The notes beneath the pieces are model-generated. The model was not told where the DNA came from, did not search any database, and saw only the letters and a list, made by a program, of their open reading frames with translations. Below are positions 1 to 26,229 of a stretch of 48,953 bases of DNA, piece after piece. The stretch is from Octopus bimaculoides. Its lineage: Eukaryota. The DNA is taken from positions 9,139,334 through 9,188,286 of the forward strand of contig NC_068997.1 in NCBI RefSeq assembly GCF_001194135.2. The letters are read 5' to 3'. Numbering within the stretch: position 1 is the stretch's first letter; every line of letters starts with the position of its first letter. The position numbers and the translations under genes are program-made.

Positions 1-721
1 TGTATATATATATATATATATATATATGCATAAAGAAATGGAAACTATTCAAAATTGCTTTTTCTACATCTTCACTTATCCAATTTTGGTAATAAATTCC
101 ACCACTGAATAACTCTAGTAATAATTTTGGTAAATAATTTCACCACAGAATAGAAATACAGGTAAACCATCACATTTTCAAAATATGCACAGGCCTCTTC
201 ATTTCTAAATGAACTGGTTTCATAATTTTGAAGAGGACTTGTTCATAAAGAGAATGGAAATTTGTGAAGGATCTTTACATGGGCGGCCTTTATTAAACCA
301 GCTGTGTTTGAAGTATTATTCAAGAAAATTGATTCCTTCAATTATTCTTTTTTTATTCATAGAAACATGGAAATTACCCCTTTCCCTTCTTCCAACTCCT
401 CCACCACCAAAATTTTCCTAAGTTTGGCGCTACTAATTTCACTAATTGATCTCTTAACTATAATATGAATAATTAAATAGTAATTGAGAAAAAAATTATA
501 GGTGGCCATTGTTTTATTTTTTTATAAATATGTATTTTTACATTCTTTTTTTTACAGCTGACAGCTAAGCTTTAAGGAAATTCTTAGAAATATGAATATC
601 TGCATGAAGGTGTATGTATGTATGTATGTATGTATGTATTGAAGGTGGTGCTCTAGCATGGCCACAGTCCGATGACTGAAGTCAGTAGAAGAAAGAATAT
701 ATATATATATACATATATATA

Positions 722-910
722 GAGATGCACTTGCATAGCAAGTGACCTGATCTGAGATCGTGTGCTGGAACGAAAACAATTGCAGCGTGGAAGGTGTTTA
801 TAAGCCATTTAAAATAACACACAAAATCCGTTAGATTCACTTCAACATTTAAATTTAATTTGTCAAAATATTTTCGTCGCTTTGAGACCACGACCTGTTC
901 ACTGACAAAA
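722..910 (-). mobile_element. Family E short hammerhead-bearing repeat (Penelope-pLTR/retrozyme-like), copy 1
   Basis: 189 bp with 4 differences from 17695-17883 (three at CpG sites). Embedded in (AT)n. Confidence 0.7.
859..909 (-). ncRNA. Minimal type-I hammerhead ribozyme motif with G3-C8 core (repeat family E)
   Basis: Minus strand: TTTGTCA GTGAACA G GTCGT GGTCTCAAA GCGAC GAA AATATT T TGACAAA. Stem I 7 bp, stem II 5 bp (one G.U), palindromic loopless stem III, U17. Confidence 0.7.
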
Positions 911-1329
911 ATATATATATATATATATTTAAATGAAATATTCAAACACTGAGATTTGAAGTTAGATGTCACTACTGTTCATATCATCTGTGGATAAATT
1001 AAAAATTTGATGATATCACCAGTAGTAGCATGGGTGGAACGCAGTTATGATAGCTTTAAGGAGCTATGAAATATCGTAATGATGCTTAATGAGCATCTAC
1101 CTGCTAGAAATAAGAGCCAAGTCTTACATAATCCACTGTAGCGCACCAATATAACAGAGAAAAACATATATGCATGCATACATACATAAACACACACACT
1201 TAAACAGATGTGTCTGTCCCTGAATGTTGTAAGAGACAACTAAAAAGCTTAGCATCAAGAAGGGCATCCAGTCATAGAATATTGCCTTGAAATGTCCCGT
1301 CCAGCCCGTACCATGGACAGCAGTAGTAA

Positions 1330-1349
1330 TCATCATCATCATCATCATC

Positions 1350-1383
<34 letters not shown>

Positions 1384-1385
1384 TC
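1330..1385. repeat. Compound (CAT)n(CAC)n(CAT)n microsatellite, one of many (AT)n/(CA)n/(CAT)n/(TAA)n tracts
   Basis: Directly visible. Confidence 0.95.
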
Positions 1386-1402
1386 TTTTCTACTATAGAA
1401 TC

Positions 1403-1608
1403 AAGGCCTGAAATTTCTTTTGGTGGAGTGGGGGGATGGAGCTTAGTCAATTACATCAACCCCAGTGTGTAACTGGTACTTATTTCATTGACCTTGAAAG
1501 GATGAAAAGCAAACTTGGCCTTGGCAGAGTTTGAACTCAGAAGTACAAATGAAATGCTGCTAAGCATTTTGTCCAGCTTGCTAACGACCCTGTCAGTTCA
1601 CTGCCTTA
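1403..1608 (-). mobile_element. tRNA-derived SINE family C
   Basis: Core GCCTTTCATCCTTT..AAATAAGTACCAG (reverse complement). Confidence 0.75.
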
Positions 1609-2185
1609 ATTATAATGATAATAATAATAATTAGTATTGTTATAATAGTAATGGTGGTAATAATATACATATAAATTTAAAATTGCTCATCTTTATAGGC
1701 CTTGTACAATTTTAAATTTGTATAATTTTAATTCTACATATGGTAGAATTCATTTTGAAAATGAGTGAAAGAATTTATTATATTGTTAAATAGATTTACT
1801 CCCGAGAATCTTCATTTTCAACATGTCTGTCACCATTGTGTATATAAATCGTGAAGAAATTCTGAAGATTTAGAAATGCATTTCACAATGCTGTTCTTCA
1901 ATTATACCTTGAATCACGAGTTTTTTTTTTTTTTAATCTTTAGAACAAGGTTTAGTTAAATAAACAGAGGTTTTTGTATGTCCCCATCAAATAAAGTTGA
2001 AATAATTGTTAAATGTTTCAGAAACTGAACAATATTATAGATACTTTGATTGATGACACACGCACACACACACACAGACGCACACACACACACACTCACA
2101 CACACACAAGATGCACTTTATTCAGTTTCAACCTACCAAATCCACTCAGAAGGCTTTGGTTGGCACATGGGACTGATGTGTGTGT

Positions 2186-2228
<43 letters not shown>

Positions 2229-2369
2229 CTGTTAGCATGGTTTGGCTGGGAATGGATTTTATTGTTTGTAGGATTTTGTCTGTTACTCTTCCTATTAGCA
2301 GCACTTACCTGTTTTTCAAGGGTGGCATTTTCATTTTATTTTGTAGGTCTTCAAAAATACAAGCTTAAT

Positions 2370-2590
2370 AATCATCATCATCATCATCATCATCATTTAA
2401 CATCCGTCTTTCATGCTGGCATGGGTTAGGCGGTTTGACTGGAGCTGGTAAGCCTGAGAGCAGCACCAGGCTCCAGTCGTCTGTTTTTGGCTTGTTTTCT
2501 ATGGCTGGATGCGTTTCCTAATGCCAACCGTTTAACGAGTGTGCTAGGTGTTTTTTACATGTCACTGGTGCGGCCGTCTTTTACTTGTTA
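2370..2590 (-). mobile_element. Family B retroposon 3' end with (GAT)n tail (RTE-tail-like)
   Basis: catcat..ttaacatccgtctttcatgctggcatggg. Related copies at about 14985-15110(+), 15290-15470(+), 21040-21200(-), 21630-21780(-), 23420-23565(-), 24021-24110(-), 29785-29938(+) and 29955-30166(-). Confidence 0.75.
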
Positions 2591-3594
2591 TCAATAACAA
2601 GAAATGTGAACATGCCTCCATTTTGCTTGTACAATGACAAGTAAACCGTTAGCATTCACGACACACTGTCATTCACTCATTCACGTGTGTGCACACATAT
2701 GCACATTAACATCATCATTTTCCATCCCCTTTCCATACAGGTGTGAGTTGGATGTGTCATCATAGTTAGAATCTATTTGGGGGTAGACTGCTCATTTAGA
2801 TGACTCAGAGAATTTCATCTCATTCATTTTTCTTTTATGGCGTTTATAGCTGGGATGCCTTTACTGACTCCAACTGCTTCACAGTGTGTGCTGAGTGTTT
2901 TTTTTGTTTTTTTTTCCCTATGAAATTGGCAATGGAGAGATAGTCAGGTCTTCAACAGGGTAAGGGACTTTACAACCCCCACATCTCTGCTTGCTTGTCA
3001 GCCTCTTTACATACAAAGTGGAGGCATGAATGATGGTGATGATTTGAATGTGTGATAAAGGGTGGAGTGATAGGAGGAGTACCCAGTATTCTGAAATAGA
3101 TGTTTTCAGGGTGACGCATTGTGACTGAGATGGCAGGGAATTAAGAGAAGTTTATGTGATTCTGGAAATAGAGTAATGTTAGAGGCTCAGGAAGTATTGG
3201 AATAAAAAAACCCAGATTATATGCTGACAGATACAGTGATATGGAGTGATGACTGAAGGTGAATCGAGAGAGAAGCAAGAGTATGACATTAAGAGCACCT
3301 TAATTAGGATAAGAAAGAAGCAGGAGAGGAAAAATTGATGGATAGTAAGAGGTAAAAAAATGATGAAAGTGACTGTTTCAGGTTGATATTAAATGGCCAA
3401 AAGTCCATGCAAATCTGATGAGGACCCAATGCCTCAAGATGGGTGAGAGCAGGAGTGATGAGCAGGGAAGGGGTTCAGTATTGAGATGAGAGAATAAAGT
3501 CAGCTAGGTCCAGTGATTTCCCTATTACACTAGAAGCTCACTATAGTGGAAAGATGAGACTTATTGCTTTCCTTAATTATGCCTACTTGTGTGT

Positions 3595-4450
3595 GTGTAT
3601 GCAGAATTGAAGTTCTTCTCACTAAGAGAATTTTGTAGGGATTGAAATAAATGTTAATCTGAGGGTGCAAGGTCAGGTGAGTATGGTGGGTGTGGTAGGA
3701 TATCCCAAACAAACTACCCATTTCTGCAAGGAAACCTGAGGTCAAGAATTGTCTTGGATGAAGACAACACCCTTCCGATTGGCCAATTCTGGATGTTTCT
3801 CATCGATTGCCTCCTTTAATCAGTCTAATTGGGAACAATAATTATTTGAATTCAACATTTGATTTTGCAGAAAGAGCTCGTAATACACAATTACCCTTCC
3901 ACTCCCACCAGATACAGAGCATCACCTTCTTCAGATATTGACTGACTTCTGCAGAGATTAAAGATGGTTTATTTTATTTTCTCCAGGACCTTTTTTTGCT
4001 CCACATTGTTGTAAACAATCCATTTTCATCTCCTGTAATTGTTCTTTTCAAAAATGTGTCTTTATTATGTTTGAACTGAGAATTGCAAATGGAAAAGTAA
4101 TCCATTAAATTATGTGGCATCCAAACAAAGCAGTTCATGTATCCAACTGATTTTACAAGTCTTGTATGAGACATGTGGAGTATCTCTGTGATGTCTAATG
4201 TCATGTGACCGGGATTATTTTTGATTAGCATTTTGATTTCGTGATCATCAATGACTGTAGGCTTGCCAGAAAGTTCATGGTCTTCCAGATCAAACTTTTC
4301 ACTCCTAAACCTAGTGAACTACTTCTAAACAGTCCTCTCAGCTTTGGCACCATCTCCATTAACTGCATATATCTTTTTTGCAGTTTGAATAGCATTTTTT
4401 TCTTTTCTGAGATAAAAAGCATCAAATGATAAAAAATGCATCTCATTTTC
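3595..4450 (-). mobile_element. Degenerate mariner (Tc1/mariner DD34D-type) transposase
   Basis: Frameshifted fragments: HLMLF.., WMPHNL (WVPHEL-like), ITGDE, KVMLCIWW, HPELANRKGVVF.QDN and PPYSPDLAPSD (3657-3683). Confidence 0.92.
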
Positions 4451-5329
4451 CGCTATTTTCACCTTTAACTTAAAAGCAGTAGAAATAAACTATCTACAGA
4501 AAGACATGATTTAATGTCACCTTTCTGAAAATATGTCATGTGCTTCTGTCACATTATCATTATGGATGGGAGACCAAGTGCCAGAGCCTAGAGAGCCGAA
4601 TAAGCACTAGAGCACAAGGTACAATAATTATTGATAATTATTGCAAATAATAAAATAGTGAAAACAAACCAAATTATCAGTGTTAGCATAAAATCGCAAC
4701 AAAAAAATTGCTTATGATGTGTTGGCAGTTATGTAGGGAAGTCACATCATGTCGTTATACCTCCTTTTCCAGCATGCGCAATCTGCACCTGATGATGTCT
4801 TATATTATTTAATGAATCTGTTGCCTAGAAAAAACATTTAGGAAGATGAAAGGCAATGAGAGGATGGCAACAAAGCCGTAACAGTGGTGTGTCATCCTGG
4901 TGGCCAATTGCAGTTACATAAAACATCACAGCCAGAAATCAAGAGTTTTACATCCTGTGTGGTAAATCTCTTGACCAAAATATGAATATACAACTGATCT
5001 GAAAGAGATAAAGTTGATATACAGTACTCCCATAACTTAGTTTATTTATGATCTCATATTTTATCCCAGTAAACTGTCACAATATTAAATGAAATAAGAA
5101 GGAAAGCATCTGACAATGCAGAAAGTTTAAGAATCCTTTATATTTTGCCCAAAATATAAAAAGATTTAAAAACCTTTTGCATTGTTAGAAGCTTTCCTTA
5201 TTTCATTCATTATTCTACTTCTATACTACAATGCTTCAAGTGAACTACAACACTCTTCTGTCAACAATAATGTATTTATAGACTCAGACATTTTCCCCTA
5301 ACAAAACCACTTTAAAATATTTTCTAATA

Positions 5330-5570
5330 AGTGTATGATTAATCATACCAGATTTGTTGTTTTTTTCCCCCAAAATATACTTGTAAAATAAGAATGCTTC
5401 TTATATACCGGGAAATGTGGTAACTGCCATATGAAGCAAACGACTCATCTAAGGCTATCTTTTTAAAAGAAATCTTTTTATTATGAAAATTTTTTCTACA
5501 ATATTTTAAGATTCTACTGATAGAGCTTGGACTTTCATGAAATTTTTCAACTGTCATGAAGGACACTTGA
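5330..5570 (-). mobile_element. Possible piggyBac-transposase remnant
   Basis: KIALDESF..YG...SRYI..., then YILGEKNNKSG, resembling the ID-ES..KGR..QYI..K..K.G region of piggyBac transposases. Confidence 0.3.
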
Positions 5571-6759
5571 GACTCTTTGGTTATTTTTTTTCATCAACTT
5601 ATAATTAATGTTAATTTAAATACTTTGTCTGCAAGATTTTTTTATCGTCACTTATGAATATAAATACTTCTTGCTGCAAAGTAATAATTAATTGTAAATA
5701 AATTACAAATTGAAGCTTTATAAAATATTTTCTTAATGTTATTTTAATATATGTCAGATCTCTCCACACAAACATACATAGCCTTCATCATTTTGCATCT
5801 GCTTTGCTGGCATACCACTGCATGTGGTGCAGTCCTCGTTGCAGTATGATAGTTTGCGTGCATCAGTGACTCAGAACCATGCTAGCGGAATGCAGTTCCC
5901 TGGTAGGGATTCCCATGTTGAACCAGTTAAAGCCTCACTAATATGGACCATTTCTTCCCCAAAGTAAAAATGGATTTGCTTAGGGCCAACATCCCTACCA
6001 AGACAAAAGCACAGTTACAGAAGCATCAATGACAATTCAAAGCCAACAAGACCTTTGAGGGGAAGCAGGAAAGACAGCCATGAGTTAAGAACAGAGGAGA
6101 AAAGATGCTGATGGCCTATGCTACAGAGGAAGTGAAGAGCTTAAGTAACTTGAATTCAGAGTTACTTTCTTCCCATATTGGTCAGAGAAGCACAGCTTGC
6201 TCAAATGTGTCATGATTATATGCTTTTCTAAAAACCATTAGAGTGTAGGTCAGTGGAGCCTGGTAAATGTTTTTCACTGGAGGAAAAGCTTTCAAATATT
6301 GAATTTATATTTACATCACATGTATTTTATGAAGAATATATATGAATTTCTAAGCTATCATTTTAAACTTCACAAAAATGTATTGAGAATAATTTACCTA
6401 CGTTTTTACACTTATTAACCTGTAAAATGAGATTTTTCAACCATGTATAAGATACTGAAGGAAGTAACATTTGATCGAATTCTATAATCAATTTCCAGTT
6501 CCCAGCCATAACTATATCCCTTTGAATATAGTATCTGAGACAATTACAATATCTTTCTTCCTGAAGACTAACCTGTTATCAATGAATATCTTAAACCTAG
6601 TTAACCGCTTGGAATTTTATGCCACATTTAATAAAAATAAAATATTTCACCTAATAGGTAGTTATGGACAGCATCATTGATAAGATATAATTTAGGAAAT
6701 AAAAAGACATTGCTCCTTAAAAAGTATCACAAGAAAGTTAAGAGAATTTTGCAAATTAT

Positions 6760-6795
6760 TTTATTAAAATTTTGTACATTTTTAGAGTATTTATT
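6760..6795 (-). terminator. Candidate HIBCH polyadenylation signals (AATAAA x2)
   Basis: tttatt on + at 6760-6765 and 6790-6795, about 240-270 nt past the stop codon. The background is AT-rich, so chance occurrence is possible. Confidence 0.35.
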
Positions 6796-6970
6796 TTCAT
6801 AATATATTACAAATCATGGCTCTGTCTCAATTTCACAATGAATTAAATTTTCTAATACCATTCCATTCCATTACTAAATAAAATTAGTTGCTTTAAGACT
6901 AGCTTTCTTCCATTATGCTAGTAATGATCTTGCAACTAAAATCTCTCAGCACACATAACTTCTTCATATG

Positions 6971-7032
6971 ACAAGCTAGATTGTACGGGAATTTCCAGAG
7001 CAAGATTGAACGGGAGTTTCCAGATCAAACTC

Positions 7033-7046
<14 letters not shown>
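6971..7046. repeat. Degenerate 25-bp-period triplication across the HIBCH stop codon
   Basis: GGGARTTTCC at 6987, 7012 and 7037. Confidence 0.8.
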
Positions 7047-22200
<15,154 letters not shown>

Positions 22201-22284
22201 CTGCAACAAAACAGAATGGAAACGGTTAGAAAATAGTGAAATTAAACAATTATAATTTCTAACATTCATACAAGGATACAAGCT

Positions 22285-22670
22285 TTGACCTTAACCAGTT
22301 GAGCATGTCCCTTAGTAGCTGATGATATGGGCATCTCTGATCATGATCAGAAGTCGTGCGGGAGCATCATAGCCATGTGTTGAGAGGAATTCTTTGGGGT
22401 TTTGATAATTAACCTTTGGAAATATGGGCGTTTCATTTTACATCCTTAAATAACCCTTATTCAAGGACCTTTTGAGCGGGATGGGTTACTCAACCTGAAG
22501 AAAATTCTAACTGGGCCCAACCTACAAGGTCATGCACTATTTATCTTGATATGAGATCACCATGTTGTGATGCATGTACCTAGTGTACCCTTATCAGATG
22601 GGTGGTCATGGTGGATATATTTTACCCTAGTGTCACTTTGATGGCATGCACTGCTCTCTCACTCAATCAT
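22285..22670 (+). mobile_element. Dispersed repeat family G
   Basis: Homologous to 42965-43205 (GTCACTTTGATGGCATGCA..CTCTC). Confidence 0.65.
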
Positions 22671-23255
22671 CATCATCATTGTTTAACGTCTGCTTTCCAT
22701 GCTGGCATGGGTTAATAATAATAATAATAAATTTCTTTTACCTTAACAACATGATGAATATTCTGTCTGAAAAAGAAAACCATAAAAATCGTTAGGAATT
22801 ACACAAAAATAGGAATTCCTAAACAAAAATAATTGAATGAATTTATTTTAGTTAATGCTATAAAATCTTTCCAGGATCTATTTTCCTTTTTATTCTTCCA
22901 GAGACTGATATAGTCAACTATAAGCCTCCCCAGATAAACATCTGGCCTTGTACCTATATTGAAGTCATCATCCTTTACTGTCTACTTTTCCATGCTTGCA
23001 TGGATCAGATGGAATTTATCTGAGGCAGATTTTCTAAAGCTGGATGCCATTGCTGTCACCAACCCTCACCTGTTTCTATGCAATGTAATATTTCTCCCCA
23101 TCAGCAGACATGTTCTTGCAGAATACAGGAAATGAGTGGATTCTCAAACAGTCATCTTATAAACAAATATGAGGTTGCCTCGATGTCTCCACGACAGGAT
23201 AACCACAGTGGTGATCGATAACCAAACCTGGGGGAAGTGTTTGTTACCTGACATC

Positions 23256-23638
23256 ATTCATAGACAGGTTAATTTCTAAGAAATTAAACCCATTAGATTC
23301 CAACTGGACTAATTATTATTGCTGCTGGGACCTGGCTCACCAATCATCATAAAGTTGATCAGTTGTAAGTTGGACAGGTCGCAAGTCATGTGTGTTTGTG
23401 TGTGTATATATATATATATCGACGTCGTCGTCGTCGTCGTTTAACGTCCGCTTTCCATGCTAGCATGGGTTGGACGATTTGACTGAGGACTGGTGAAACC
23501 GGATGGCAACACCAGGCTCCAGTCTAATTTGGCAGAGTTTCTACAGCTGGATGCCCTACCTAACGCCAGCAGCAATAATAATTAGTCCAGTTGGAATCTA
23601 ATGGGTTTAATTTCTTAGAAATTAACCTGTCTATGAAT
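23256..23638. repeat. Perfect 73-bp inverted repeat (23256-23328 / 23566-23638)
   Basis: Arms are exact reverse complements around a 237-bp spacer. Confidence 0.95.
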
Positions 23639-23648
23639 ATATATATAG

Positions 23649-24163
23649 GAGTTAGAAAACAGAGAAATCTAATGGATACAAATTAATTTATTAATTAATC
23701 AACATATTCACCAATAAATGTTTTATTTCACAAACAAAATTAAAATTACAAAACGTATATAAATATAGAATTTTGCATTTTAAATACCTTTTATGGAAAA
23801 TCATCAGGGTATACAAAGGACAATACGAATTACATTAGGATATTTTTGGAATACACAGAATATACAGACATGTTTACTCTGTGTGTGTTGTGTATGCAAC
23901 GCATGTGTTAAAATTATTCCTTTTATTTCAATTCAAATTATTATTATTGAATTGAAATAACAGGAATAATTTTAACACATGCGTTGCATTTTGTTTGTGA
24001 AATAAAACAATTGTTGGTGAATCATCATCATCATCATTTAACGTCCGCTTCCCATGCTGGCATGGGTTGGACGGTTTGACTGGGCACTAGTGAGCCAGAT
24101 GGCTGCACCAATGTTGATTAATTAATAAATTAATTTGTATCCATTAAATCTGTTTTCTAACTC
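23649..24163. repeat. Nested fold-back: about 92-bp outer arms plus inner 43-bp-arm hairpin
   Basis: Outer arms 23649-23740 versus 23988-24022 + 24111-24163 (interrupted by a family-B insert). Inner hairpin 23894-23936 / 23947-23989 with one mismatch. Confidence 0.9.
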
Positions 24164-26018
24164 AATATGTTTGATATTTTATGATATTCCATATAATATA
24201 TTCATTGAAAAATTATCTCTTTAAAAATTAATATATTAAACCAGTGTATCTTGGATAAATACCCCTATAAGAGGTTTGGATATCCTCATTGTGACTATAT
24301 ATATATAGATATATATATATACACACACACACACAATAGGCTTCTTTCAGTTTCCATCAGCCAAATCCACTCACAAGGACTTGATTTGCCTAGAACTATA
24401 GTAGACCACACTGCCTATGAATGAAGCAAATGTAGGACCGAGTTTATATTGTTTCTTATGTTTAGTCGCAGGTCAATTCCAAATCGAACATGTCTAAAAT
24501 CAAAGGACCGAAATCATATCGTATTTTATTATATGTCTATGACAACACTAATCAATAAACCTTTTTAAAAAATTTTTTTTTAAAGACATTGCAGATGTTA
24601 TTTGATTGGGTAAAAGTGGCTGCTAAATATTATCGGTCGAGCAACCGGGTAGAATAGTGCATCTCAACCTTCTTAATATCTGGGCCAGATCCAAAATGTA
24701 GATTTACCGATTTTTTTTAGGGTGCCCCATCAAAAAGCGTAAAACACAACTTAAGGAAAAAATGTATCATGTTTATTGGGGGAAGACTGTCAGGGGTTAC
24801 CAGAAGGATGTTTGAGGGCCTAAGAACCCTAAGACGCATGCACCCTAAAAACCGTAGTCGGGAACCGCTGGGGGTAGGCGTTTCGTGTATAAACGATGGT
24901 GAAGCACTGAGGCATATTTCGTGTAGCTTACAATTCCAAACAATGTAGACAAATGAATTTTACAAAATAAGACAGGATAATATAAATAAAACGATGTCGA
25001 TAACACTAAAAAAAACAAAACAAAACAAAAAAACGTAGCTATATAAGTTTTAAGAAAAAAATAAAACATCCCATTAGGTGATTGGTGTAATGTAACGTGC
25101 GGTACAGTATAGGCTTACTGATTTTATTCGAAGAGCACATCAGTTATAAAGTATACTATTTAAGTGTTAGCAAAAAAATAGTTTATTTCTTTATTCCTAA
25201 GGTTTAACATGTCATATAGTATGCTGCTAATGTCCTTCAGAAGCGTATAAACATCTTAGTGTCTTATGTTGCTTAGCAAATGTGTGGCCTCGTGCCAAAA
25301 CAAGACACTAAGTATACATTAACACACTGTTTGTTATATACGACCTGTGTCGTATATAATAAGACACAGCTTATAAGATAGAACATTTTGATATTAGTCA
25401 AGAATTACTTTCGTGAATAATTCTGAGGAAAAAAAAAGCTTGAATAACGAAAAACATTTTTTTCAAGAGCTTACGTAAGATCCAGCCTACAAAAATAAAG
25501 AAAAAACCATTTTGGAACGTTTTTAGAATTCGTATTTAAATGGGGGAAAACTCTCCAAAACTTAAGGATTACCAAAACAAGAGATGTAAGAGGTGAACTC
25601 GCAGTAAGTTGGGTCCACGTTCGAGTTTCACTTCCTAACCGAAGCCATTCGACTTCACTTAACACTGAAAATGAATGAATACCACAATTTCTTATTCGAT
25701 TTCCGATACAACAGAGCTCTGCGCCTAGTAAAAAAACCCCATACAAACTAATATTTGTTAAGTCGTCCAGAATAAACAATCGCGAATAATTGAGCCGAAA
25801 AGCAAGCGTAATCCTATCAAGGTCGATACCCTGTAGACCTTTACGATCTATTAATATAAGTAGTAAGGACAGCATGTCGGGTGGTTTCAACTGACTACAT
25901 TACTAGTTGATTTCAAGAAATTGGTCAAGTGTGTTTGTATAGTGGATTGGAACAAAATATAATCTGATATTTTTACAGTCGAGTGAGAGAAGAAAGAAAG
26001 ACAACAGCGACGACATAC

Positions 26019-26100
26019 CTGGGAGGTACGAACGGAAGCACTTTGTTTTGGAAGTCTTTTGTAAAATAAGGTAGGAAAGGTAGTAATGTTGTGATAAAGC
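26019..26100. promoter_or_regulatory. Bidirectional promoter / HIBCH first exon region between divergent HIBCH and PPCS
   Basis: Minus-strand donor CCCAG|gtatgt at 26019/26018, PPCS ATG at 26101, ETS-like ACGGAAG at about 26032-26038, CpG-retaining neighbourhood. Confidence 0.55.
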
Positions 26101-26229
26101 ATGGAGAGTGACTCGAGCAAGTTCTTGAAGGAATTGCCGGTGCCAGAGAAATTCGAAGAGAAGCAGATACGAATACAGAACTTCGTTCAACGACAACACA
26201 CGTTAAAAAACAAAGTCGTACTTGTTACG
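26101..26229 (+). CDS. PPCS: PPCS exon 1 [15 protein letters not shown]...KVVLVT
   Basis: ATG in aagcATGG context, 43 codons, |gtaggt donor, joins SGGT of exon 2. Confidence 0.9.

Noticed and set aside
1045-2429. Short ORFs rich in poly-M/I/H/T or YI/HT dipeptides
   Set aside because: Translations of (CAT)n, (CAC)n, (AT)n and (CA)n microsatellites
3414-3450. CTGATGA-GG-ACCCA...TGGGT-GAGA as another hammerhead
   Set aside because: No GAAA core and no stem I or III partners
2940-3540. Purine-rich stretch as a Penelope RT remnant
   Set aside because: No convincing RT motif could be read in any frame
4850-5010. Possible extra exon on the minus strand (ctctttcag acceptor near 4998)
   Set aside because: All three frames hit stops within 35 codons, nothing is recognisable, and it lies past the HIBCH stop and poly(A) candidates
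25471-25890. 139-aa minus-strand ORF near the promoter
   Set aside because: TTG-initiated in the track, no recognisable domain, no phase-compatible strong donor; treated as chance
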